A stretch of DNA of 32,390 bases from Dimorphilus gyrociliatus (taxonomy: Eukaryota > Animalia > Annelida), in NCBI GenBank assembly GCA_904063045.1, contig CAJFCJ010000094.1, positions 1 to 32,390 on the forward strand, read 5' to 3'. Positions 21,890-32,390 of this stretch are shown in pieces; within the stretch, counting starts at the first letter, position 1, and each line of letters opens with the position of its first letter. The translations under genes and the position numbers were made by a program. The notes below the pieces were generated by a model. The model was not told the DNA's origin and ran no database searches. It saw only the letters and a program-made list of their open reading frames with translations.

Positions 21890-22097
21890 GGAGGCTGTTG
21901 AAAACACCCATTTTGCAGTTATTTTGGGGTGAGATTTTGGTTTGGGGAAGGGTTAGGAAAAATATTCTGACAATTGATTTGTAATTAGGTGGGTCCAAAC
22001 TAAGGGTTAGGAACAATGAAGTACTTTTAAAAAGTGTCCAGAGCTGAGTTAGGGTTGGGGTAAAACCACAGAACTGTGGGCATTTTCAACAACATCC
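21890..22097. mobile_element. 208-bp MITE (TIR type B)
   Basis: 20-bp TIRs GGAGGCTGTTGAAAACACCC and reverse-complement GGATGTTGTTGAAAATGCCC. 9-bp TSD CAAAACAAC at 21881-21889 and 22098-22106. The body is homologous to 2685-2891 and 10453-10630. Confidence 0.9.
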
Positions 22098-22439
22098 CAA
22101 AACAACCTATCTCCAAGGTAACTAAATGTCAATGTTTGTAATATTGCTTAGTAACTTATTGTTTACAAACTCTATGGAGGATTTATTGACTGTGGAATAA
22201 TAGTTGCTCCCTTTATCATAGCAGCAAAACTTTAATCGACAATCATTAAATTTTCAATAAAATTTATAAGGGAAATCCATCTTATAGTGTAAAATTGGAA
22301 CATGAATGGGGATGATCTATTGCAGATAAACAATCTATGCTATAGAATTAAAAATATCAAACCAGATGGCCTAAAATGGAGCAGTTCTGTTGAAGTCTAA
22401 ATTCAAATTCCTTTTGCATATTTTCTAGCAATTTTTAAA

Positions 22440-22760
22440 ATTTTTAGATGAAATATCACAGCTCCAAACAAATTTTGGAAGAAAGAGAGCCAGATAGGCA
22501 AAATAACATTTAAATTTAAAATCGATATATCCATTACCTCGTGAACTGTTACTCTTTTCAACTACTAGTAATATATCAAAGGGAAATAGGCCTACAGTAA
22601 GTGAAATGGCAAAACCAAGTATTATAATGATAATTGTCCTGAATATTTAACAATATTCAATAAATTGAAATGGATATTTAATAATTACATATTTATAAAT
22701 AAAATTGACAAACATTAGAATTGCAGATTGATAATGTACTTTGTTGTATTGTAATTGTAG
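22440..22760 (-). pseudogene. Possible class A GPCR remnant (TM2-TM4-like pieces)
   Basis: YIINLQF (TM2-like), YKYVIIKYPF (resembles DRYxAIxxP), RTIIIIILGFAISLTVGLFPF (TM4-like) and a later Cys (FKCYF). Stops and frameshifts are present and the similarity was judged by eye. Confidence 0.4.
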
Positions 22761-24233
22761 GAATTTCTGGTTCGTCACAACTGTAATCGTCTTTTCCAAT
22801 CATTTACCAACTTGCCAAAGTACTGGTCCAAATAGAACCTTTAAAGTTCATCCACAAATAGTCTAACAAAGGCAATTTCGGTAGAAATTAATTAACAAAA
22901 CACCAGTATTTCGTGCAACGAATATGTATTGAGTAAAATGAGCTTCTAGTTCTAAACAAGCTAGTTTAAACAACCAGTTAACGGTTAAAGAACTGAACTA
23001 TCAACTGTTAATTTCGTAGGGTTTATATACTCTTTTAAGGGTTGATAGTTGACAAATTTCAATGTTCACAAAAACAAAAGTAACATTTGAAGACAAAGAA
23101 AAGTTGTAAATATGGTCATGTTTTTATTGTTTTCCTCTTCTAAATAATAGTTGAATTTCGAAGGTTGGAGAGTTGCATAAGATGTAACAATTTTAGTAGG
23201 ACAAGTCCAACAATCAAGAAAACATGTAGATTGTATATTTGACCGTTTTTATATTCTACCTTAATAATGATATTCAATTGATTGAGTTAGTAAATTTAGC
23301 ATCAGCATATAAGGAGGAAGTATATCTGATTAACTTAGAATTGAAGCATAATTGATAATTAATTGAACTAGTTTTAGTTGGAAATCCTAAATGTATGGAT
23401 TAATAAATTGTAATATTAATGCTAGGTTGCAAATAGCAAATATTCTTTATATAATTCAATAGGTTTTATTGCTGCATAATGTGTATGCACTGCCCTATGC
23501 GAAACTAGGTCACTACTGCTTATCTTTATCAGTGCTATCTGCATAGTACAATACTGGTTCAATACTACTTCTCTATTGTAGAATATAGCTGATGAATGTA
23601 TGTGTACAGATAATATAAGATTCCAGAGAAAACATTCAACAAACAACATATATATGGATTTGTAACTAATTATATCAACTTAATATCTTAGGCCACAGTC
23701 TGCAACATGCTATATTGCAGTTGATAATTATAACCTAGAATGAGAGAGAAGTAGAAAAATTTTGGGCCAACTGAACTGCTATCCCAAAGCTGCTTACACT
23801 GCTATTTAATTTTACAATAGAATAGGTGCAATCCAAAAGGTAAATCTTAAATATTTCCTTTTTTGAATATTAAACATAGCTGAAGTTTTCTTTTGAATTA
23901 TTGATTATTGTAATCATAATTATAAACAAGTCAAAAGAAACTTGTTGACTTGATACCTGGTATGGCTGAAATTAATTAATTCCTATTGAAAATGATCATT
24001 TTCACTAAATGTCAATAGGCTAAAGGAAAAAGTACGTGAGGAGAAATTTTTAATGAAAATCTAGAATTATCTTTTTAAACTTGATTGTTGACCTCTGACA
24101 GGGAAGATTAAAAGAATAATACATAGCTAAATGTATATTGGATTTGATAAAAAATTTCCTTCTAATGAAGGGAAATAAAAATTTCTCTCTTCCATTTTGA
24201 ATGAAGAAGACAATTCCTTATTTACAAAGAAAG

Positions 24234-25861
24234 ATGGTATTATTCTTGCTATTAACTATATGTCTGAATATATCAATTGGAGAAATATTCAACATGGAAG
24301 AAAATATTGGAAAAGATTGCCTATCTTTTACAAACCACTGTGTTGGTGAACATGATTTAGGTATTTTCAAAATGGCACAAGTTGAATATCTAATACATTT
24401 GGAAGCCAATTATGATAATTTTTGGGCAATTAACCTTAATTCTTATTACAAGATTACAGAAATTTGCCTATTTAATGAAGGTATAGGCGCCATTTTGTTG
24501 GTGTGAATTTATGTTTCTTTGTTACAATATATATTATATGTTTTTTTTTTTAGCTGAAATTGAAAACATTTCACTTTTTTCTGGCAATTTTCCAAATGAC
24601 AATGAAACTGTATGCATAATAAACAACTTGTTTACAACCTATTCCAATTACAAATGTTATGAAACAAATTGTGTTGGAAGTTGGTTAACAATGACAAAAT
24701 CATTCCAAGCGAGAAGTATTAATTTATACAATATTGCTATTAAGGGAAAACTACTTGAATCATACGGTTTCAACTACTTTTTCCTGATAAATCCTTTACA
24801 TTTTTAATAATATTTATATTGTTTTAGAAACCAGACTATTCAAATTTGAAAATATTTCTATATCTGGTGGACCTTTGCTATTTAGCTATGAATATTCTCT
24901 ACTGCAAGATGGTAAAGTTACTTTCACTAGTACAGAATTTGTAGATGGAAATTATGATAAGCCATTTATTAGAATTGATTGTAAGGCAACTCTTTATGCA
25001 AAAAGTGTTCTAATTGGAAAGAAGGATAATGGTAATAAATATTTTTTAAAATAGATTGAAAAATATATGACAATAATTTTCAATTTTTTTAATATAAAAA
25101 TAGATAGAAAATCTTTTAAAAATGTTTTAGTAAGCTTTGAAAAATTACCAGAAACAATAAAACCAGCTGAAAATCAATCAATAATTGGTAGAATTTTGGA
25201 TAATATTAATAATGAGAATTTCAATAAATTCTACTATCTTGAAAGTGAAAATTACATTGTTGGAAGATATTTAAGAATTCAAATGTTTCAGTCTTTTTCT
25301 ACTCAGTTACAATTAGAAATTACAGAACTTTTTATGTATATCAAACAATTCAGTTTGAATACTCAAATTATAAACAATTATGAAAGGCATACAGATCTTT
25401 ACACACCAAATGTAATACTAAATAGTTTTTTACTATTTGATCAATTATATTGGAAACTTTCACCATCTCATTCTATTCTGATAGGCTTTCATGTTGGATT
25501 ATCATTGCCTATTAAAACTATTAATGCATCTGCAATATGCTTAACTTGTTAATATTTTTTTTTCAATTATCTTTACTCGTTTAAAATGTCTTTTTCTTTC
25601 TTTGCATAGTTTTTTCAGTCGGATTTCGAGCTGATTCGCCTGTAAAGGTCAAAATGTTTAGAAATAACAAGCTGGTATTTGAATACTTTGTTGAAAGTAT
25701 TTACGGATTTCAGCAGACAATCTGCAATACATTTCAGGAAAGAGAATTTAACTTTATCAGTTTTTTAAATCTATCACCTTTTCCACTGGGTTTAAGTGAA
25801 TTGGATTGTTTTTACCTCAGCAATAAAAGTAACCATTTAATAGAATCTGAAAATTCTGAAG
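24234..25861 (+). CDS. Uncharacterised secreted protein, at least 5 exons, with probable galactose-binding-like / F5/8C-type beta-sandwich modules; C-terminus not located
   Basis: Exons 24234-24480, 24554-24766, 24828-25031, 25104-25547 and 25610-25861 splice into one stop-free frame of about 450 aa through GT-AG introns of 73, 61, 72 and 62 nt, all phase 1. Signal peptide MVLFLLLTICLNISIG; motifs IVGRYLRIQ and LQLEITEL. Confidence 0.78.
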
Positions 25862-27099
25862 GTATAAATTGTAAATGTAAATTTCTTTTCATTTATCAAA
25901 CTGTTTTCTCATGACATTCACAATCATTCATCTACACATTCAATTTGATAGCTTTATATTCAAAACACATTATGAAAATTCATATAAAATATATACCTCA
26001 ATCTGAGTAGCTCTTCTTTGCTTTTAAACATATATCAAAAAATGAAGACATGATTCATCAAACAATTCTTTTGTTGAATATTGTTTTCTTAATCTTAGTC
26101 AGCTTAAATTGTGTGCTAATATTCCATCTAATATTCTTCAAAAGCCAACAGTATCAAAAATATCATTCTGTTTCTCTTACCAGTTTCAATGAATTTCCTA
26201 CATTGGTCAAAGGCTTACAAAGTTCAAATGTAACCATCTCATAATTCGCATGTAACAAAAATATGAAAGGTTCTTATATCACATATAGAAAATATAATCT
26301 TCAGATTAAGCCCACATGTTACCAAAAGAAGCCTGCCTCATCTGGTATTGAATAGAATGTAACAACTTTGACATGCATCTTTTCTATGTTTTAAATATCA
26401 GTAATCTAAGCATTTTTCTTTACTGTTTGCTTTTTTATATCTTTTCAATGTCTATACAATTTGATCAAAAATGTAATCATATATATAAATCTATAACCAA
26501 GCCATTCATTCAAAAATTCAATAATAAAATAAATGATAAAATAGTGTGAATGTACCTGGTAGAAATAAAAGGTATATCTAAAGTCTAAATATCAATGTGT
26601 CATTATATTGTACTGCTCAAGATCATCTTGATTTGGCAGTGGATTTGATCATCTTGATTTGGCCACACCCTAGGCAAGTTAATTAAATTATAACTTGGCC
26701 AAACCTTATTGGTAATTAAAGATAAGCCTTGAAGCTGACTAATCAGACTTATGTTTGGCCAATGTTATAGCATTTTCTTGCATAGGTTTTAAGATGTACA
26801 TGTATAAGTTGCATCAAATAATAGAGTTCAAGCATGTAAAATATGACCAAAGTTGTACAATATGTAAGTGTAGAGAAGTCATCTAATGATTGTCAAATCT
26901 CTGCTATTTTATGTTTAATAATAGGATGTTCAAAATAGCTTTTCAGATAGCTGCTTAGAAACCCATTAAACCTAATATGATACATTGTAGGCTTTCTTCT
27001 TTAATGTCAAATAAAAAACATACAGAGGACTTGTTTGTTTCTCATATTTTTTAAAATTGAAAGGAGGAAAAAGGATGCTTTCAAAAGACTGCTTTACAA

Positions 27100-29180
27100 T
27101 TTTTAACATTTTATTTCATAATAACTTCTTCCTAATGTAAACTACAACTCACTGTTTCAACAATGGAACCAAAATATGCATCAACAGAAGAGTCTAAATA
27201 GTTAAGTAGCCTCGAATTGAAATGATCACTATTTATATTATGAACAATTTCATTCCAAAGTCAGACCCAAATGCATTTGATTCCAAATTCAGTTGTTTCA
27301 AATGAGGATTACAACCAATAGCCTCTCCAACAATAGAACCAATATTGCCATCAAATGAACAATTTGATAGATAAAGTGATTTCAAATTCTTACAATGATC
27401 TTTTATATTTTGAAAAATTTCTCTTCCAACTTCAGATCCCAGTGCATTTTCTTGCAAATTCAGTTCTTCCAAATGAGTATTACAACCAATAGCTTCTCCA
27501 ATAATAGAACCAGTGTAGCCATTAAGAGAACAATTGACCAAAATGTCAATGGTCTTTTCAAAGATATCTTCTTCAAAAATTTTTTCATTTATTTTAAATA
27601 TTTGAATTGATATATTCAGTTTTCTTAAAATTTCTAGTTTAGTACAAAATCCAATCTTCTTGCATTGATCAAAAAGTAGTGCATTATATTGAAAATAATC
27701 ATTTAAGTCACTTAAAACATCCTGGATCAACGAAAAATTGAAGTATTTAGAATTAAGTTGTTCATCTAGACATTGATCATGCAATTGAATTTTTCTGTCA
27801 TCTAAATCAATGGAGTTGAATATTTGTAAATTTGAAATTTGATTCACTTGTTTGGCTATCTCAATCATACTCTCTACATTCAAACCACAGCCATAAAAAG
27901 TATATTTGAGTTATCTTTCTCTTTTTCACTGTGGCAATTGTTTTGAAAAAATTAATTGCTTCACATTCCGGAAATTTATTTTCTGATAAATCTATAACTT
28001 CAAGTGAATTCATTACATTTAATTTTTTCGAAATACCAATCAAGACTTTTCGGCTCAAGTTGCATTTTTTTAAAAATAGTTCCCTTAAATTGTTCATTTG
28101 AAAGGTGTGAAATATTTGACATCCATTTTTTAATTGATTGTTTGAGAAGCTCAAAAGGCTATAGTTGTTAAAAGAAATTTTCACCAATAAAGAGTTTTTC
28201 TGTTAAGTTGCAATGGGATAGGTTGATTTTCATATCTGTTTTTGAAGATTGATTTAATTGGGATAGTATTTTAAGAGCATTTTTTTCAATTCTAGTATTT
28301 TCACTGATTGATAAGTCTGACAAATCTTGTAATTTGTTTAAACTGTTGCATAAATATTCAGTGGATTGATCAGATAAGCTACAATTTGTCAAATCCAACT
28401 GATTTAATTGAACTGACTTATCAATAACTTTTTGAAAGATATGAAATAAAATATCATTGCTAATGTCATTATTAAATGCAAGGGATTTCAAATTTACTTT
28501 TATTGCTTCATCACTCAAGTCTAATTTAGACTTGGAGAATTTTAGTTTTAGTAGTTTTAGTTTTTCTAGAGAGTGCATTGTGAAGAGATGTTTTATAAAT
28601 TCACAATCTTTAGATTCTATTAAAGTATTTCCCTGCAACTCTAACACTCTCAAATATGAGCAATTCTGAAGTAATTTCACCAGTTTTTGTGAATAAAACT
28701 TTAACCTACAATGGTTAAGCTTTAATACTTCCAGAGTTTTAAGTTTATTTGTTATTACTAATATTAATTTTTCATCAGATTTATTTCTGAAATTTGAGTG
28801 GCAAAGGTCTAATTTAGTCAATTCTGAAAAATTTTTCAGAATATTTATCACTGAACAACTCTGAAAATTTAGTTGATCACACTCACAGAGATTTAATCTT
28901 TCAGCTTTGATGATAGAAAATTAAACAGCATTTCAGTGTTCTTTTCTGTAATGGTGTCCTCACCATCTATAACAGGATCTTCCTTTGGAATGTATTCTCA
29001 GTTTGGTTCACATTAGCAAAGGGGTTTACCTTGTATATAAAGAGAAGGCATGTTTTTGTTTCACCAGCCTATGCAGGAAGGTTGCTAATCCCTCTATCCA
29101 ATTCCTAGTTAACCTAGTTAAAATGCCCTTGTTAAGTCTACAGTTTTCAAGAAAGCACTTTATAATGAACTGAACTGCAC
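27100..29180 (-). pseudogene. Long RI-like LRR coding region (NLR-type LRR), frameshifted
   Basis: The ORFs 28851-28168, 28187-27861 and 27883-27233 are consecutive LRRs (LTKLDL, LEVLKLNHCRL, LRVLELQGN, LDLTNCSL, LEVIDLSEN, LEELNLQENALG, LKSLYLSNCSF, LKQLNLESN) joined by single-base shifts. Degenerate LRRs with stops continue on both sides (e.g. LENCRLNKG near 29150). Confidence 0.85.
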
Positions 29181-29608
29181 AACTGTTGTATTTTTTTATT
29201 TTACCTTTAATACTGGATCAGGGTTAGGTCAGGTTTAGGGACTTGCTAATCAAGTATTGATGGAACAAAAAACCTCCCAAATACACGATTTTACACTATC
29301 TATCCCTTCATTGCACACACACTGTAAGCTTGTTATGTCTTGGATTAATGTGGCTATTAGAAACAACTATCTTAGGTGGCAGTTCTTAGTCTAAGCTATC
29401 ACTGTATCTTCAACATCATAAGTCCAAACTCTCTAAAAGTATAAAGAGAATTCTCCTCACTTAATGAAAATTTTCACAAAATTTTTTTGTATTATTATCT
29501 TTTAGTAAAAGAGAAGAAGTTATTTTTAATCAAATATCACAAAACTAAATATTGTTAAATACAAAAGAGTTTGAAAGAGAGAAATTATAATAATCATACA
29601 AATCAAAA

Positions 29609-31050
29609 CTATTGGTTAGGAATGGCATTTTCAGAATCTTCCATAACTTTGTATAAATATTCTGATATTTTAAATGGTTTTAAAATATCATCAACATTAA
29701 TCAGCCAACATTCTTCTTTGTTTCTTTCCACTTTTTTCCCTTTTATTAACTTGTTATCAATGTCAATTGAAATAGACTTTGATCCAATTTGCCCATCAGA
29801 TTGAACTTCAGAGTGAAATTTATATTTCTTTTTCCCAATGTCACCAATAAGTCCATCCATTTCTTTATAATTCATAGGTGAAAGTTTAAAACTTGCATCC
29901 AAGTGAATTTCTGATATAGACTGGGTGGATTTTTGTATTTGAATTATTTTTCCTGGATGTACTACAGATTTTATAAAAATACGATTTTCAGTGATTAAAT
30001 ATTCAAATTTTTTTGACTTAAAAGAGATTTTTTCCATATCACCAGTCCAGTATATTAGTTGTCCAATGTCAAAAATGATATAATTAGTTAAGCAGTTATT
30101 CTACCAGAATCAAATTTGATAATAATCTTATGCATATAGTAATCATCATTAAGCTGCCCATAAATTTGTATTCCATTTAAACTAACGCCACCAATGTATA
30201 AATTTTCTTCAGGTGAGCCAGTGATATCATAACATGTAGAATTAGTTCTCTGACTGGGATAATCCACAACAATTTGTTGAAAATGGGATCACCTGATGCC
30301 AAAGACCATGGATCACTACTAGGTGTAAAATATATTGGAATATGAACACTGAATACAAAAGAGTCCACTGCAGCACAAGCTAGTTTCAACAATACTGACT
30401 TTGTAGAACCAACTTTAGTTACTACAACATTCTCTGAACCAAATTCAGAGAAAATCTTTGTGGTTTTATCTAAAGTTGCTTTTTCAGGATTAGAGAGGGT
30501 AAAACTAAAATGACATAGAACATTCGCATTAAGTCTCTAAGATTTTTTTGAGAAAGTAAATAATTCCATACCTAATAATAGAGTTTTTAAGTCAAAAGTA
30601 ATTGCAGTGGATTCAGTTATATTCAGTTATAAAGCACTCGAATTATCTATAAAAAAAATAAAATATGTAGTTTAGCAAAGATTTCAAAATTACAAATGTT
30701 TTTTACAAACCAAAGATGCTAAGAAATCCTAATAACAAAATAAAGAATACCAATTTGCTTCCCATTTTCCTTCTATTTCTCTGTCTTGGAATGTACAATA
30801 TATATATATCTATACTGTATGTCATTTATAGTTTATGTTGAACAGAGACAGTTCTTTCTTTAGCAGGAGAAAAGCTTTTAAAGAAAATATTTATTGGAAA
30901 CTGCCAAAAAAAATAATTATTTGTGCTATAGATTTTTTAATAACCAATTTTGTTATCTGTAAATTTAACATTAATTTAGCAAGTCTTCTTATAAAAGAGA
31001 CACCTGTGTTTGCATACAGTGATTTATTGTCCTAGTGTAGATTCTTCCCC
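29609..31050 (-). pseudogene. Inter-alpha-trypsin inhibitor heavy chain-like gene, C-terminal part
   Basis: Adding one C near 30286 gives SGDP(H)FQQIVVDYPSQRTNSTCYDITGSPEENL..GIQIYGQL..YYMHKIII, and later HLDASF..MDGLIGDIG, resembling the ITI_HC_C domain. Upstream, FIRRL and FSLK..FSP..TVSV resemble ITIH FIERLWA and LSLKYxFVTPLTS. Stops and frameshifts are present. Confidence 0.65.
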
Positions 31051-31161
31051 CTCTGTATAATTTATAATCTGGGCCTCTTCAAATTAACAAAGTATATAAA
31101 GAATAGTGAAAGGTTTGAAAATCTTGTCAAAAAATTCTCTTCGCATATATAATAGTTTTAT

Positions 31162-31262
31162 GGAGCCAACAGAAAACGTTCACAAATGGACAGAAAATGT
31201 CCACGAATGAACAGTAAATGTTCACATAGCATTAAAAAAACAATTAACTAAGAAGAGATGAT
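31162..31262 (+). mobile_element. Transposon end homologous to 15660-15885 with only 3 TIR-motif units
   Basis: GGAGCCAACAGAAAACGTTCACAAAT GGACAGAAAATGTCCACGAAT GAACAGTAAATGTTCACATAGCATTAAAAAAACAATTAACTAAGAAGAG matches the reverse complement of 15660-15885, including the non-repeat flank. Confidence 0.8.
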
Positions 31263-31489
31263 TACATCTGCTGTCCTCTTGCAGAAGATTGCATTAATCT
31301 ATTCAAAATAATTCTCAGTGTGTTAACATACTTTTTACTTTATTCTAGTAACTTTTAAACTTTGTATAACATTCTTAGCTTTTTTCATTTTTAATACATT
31401 TTAATAAACATATATTCATTATTAATTATTATATTCTCAGTATATTGCCATTGGTTCCCAAAATAGAGCAAGCTTTTTTAAAATTCAAA

Positions 31490-31579
31490 TATCTTTTCCC
31501 ACTACTTGTTTTCCCCAACCTTGGGATGTTTTTTCCTAACCTGGGACTTTTTTCCCAGGGACGTTTTTTCCCATACTCC
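31490..31579 (-). repeat. Second type of GG-ended terminal array (GGGAAAAAACGTCCC-like units)
   Basis: The minus strand reads GGAGTATGGGAAAAAACGTCCCT GGGAAAAAAGTCCCAGGTT AGGAAAAAACATCCCAAGGTT GGGGAAAACAAG. It faces the 31162 end, but the flanks show no shared TSD. Confidence 0.6.
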
Positions 31580-32390
31580 TTTGAATAACATATACAGAGA
31601 AATGCTAATGCCATCTGTATAATAACTATGATTGAGTTGGAACAATTGAAACAAAACATTCTAATGATATATCATTAGGGTAAAAATACAAATAGCAGAG
31701 GGCTTAAACAGAAATCAATTGGAAAAACATAGTGGGGAACCCAATAAAAGGTTAATATTTTATCTAAATAATACAAAGGATGTCTCTGTTTTTTAACATA
31801 ATGTTCCCAAGGTGAAATACAAACTAGACCACCAATTGTAAAGTGGTGATTGGATAATCAAGATAAACCAACAAGTATATAAACCCTTACTGTTTTACTC
31901 CAACTGTCTTACCTTACACTGGAAAGATCAACTGGAAACAACCCCTAATGGGACAAGCCTTCTACTCTTTCAATATTGGACACTAGTTTGGTAACTTGGA
32001 AACCTGCTATTAGAAACTATATACTCTGCTATTCAACTTTTTTATTGCTGCAACTTTAAGTATTTTATTTGAAATAAAGCATTTAAATTAGACATTAAGA
32101 GGAAATTTGGTTGAAACCGACCAAGACATTTGTTCATTTGTTCAATTGATTAAATTGCAATATGCACTGTAACTGGAACTGAAAATTTTTTATTAGAGTT
32201 AATATTATACATTGATATATAATCAACATATAACAAAATTTATAACAAACATTTTCCATGAAATCAATAGTTTTATTCCAACCTTAACAAGCCATTGTTC
32301 TATTGAGTAGTATTAGATACTGTCATTCCAATGAATATATTCTAAAGAAATATAAGTTTTCATTTATAAATTGAAAGTTTATTCACATAT

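Noticed and set aside
26621-26698. 17-bp direct repeat (GATCATCTTGATTTGGC x2) plus a small hairpin as a Helitron end or regulatory site
   Set aside because: No CTRR terminus or other supporting structure; probably a local duplication.
29214-29240. GGATCAGGGTTAGGTCAGGTTTAGGG as another MITE copy
   Set aside because: Too short and degenerate, with no TIR.
31429-31659. 76-aa ORF with RLGK repeats
   Set aside because: The repeats are just the translation of the terminal array at 31490-31579.

Overview
Very AT-rich eukaryotic (animal) genomic DNA with short GT-AG introns of about 60-100 nt and the standard genetic code. I saw no rRNA, tRNA, CRISPR or prokaryotic operon structure. The TTAGGG motifs, gene families and intron sizes fit a compact-genome non-arthropod invertebrate such as an annelid or other spiralian; this is inference and the species cannot be fixed from the window. 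Most of the window is decayed genes and DNA transposons. Apparently intact: a NACHT NTPase exon running off the left edge (missed by the ORF track), a 3-exon divergent actin with altered catalytic residues, a 5-exon secreted protein of unknown family, and a young full-length Tc1-like transposon (DD35E, 221-bp IR/DR TIRs) inside an intron of a PAN/apple-repeat gene. Broken or fragmentary: a collapsed ABCC transporter, a RING-B-box-coiled-coil-LRR gene, two more RI-type LRR loci, LDLa repeats, a Ly6/three-finger exon, an ITIH-like gene, a GPCR-like remnant, an old Tc1 and at least four MULE transposase relics. A family of ~207-bp GG-ended MITEs with 8-9-bp TSDs carries TTAGGG motifs and shares its terminal motif with foldback-like tandem arrays next to a MULE transposase. 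All translations and alignments were done by eye; no database searches were run.
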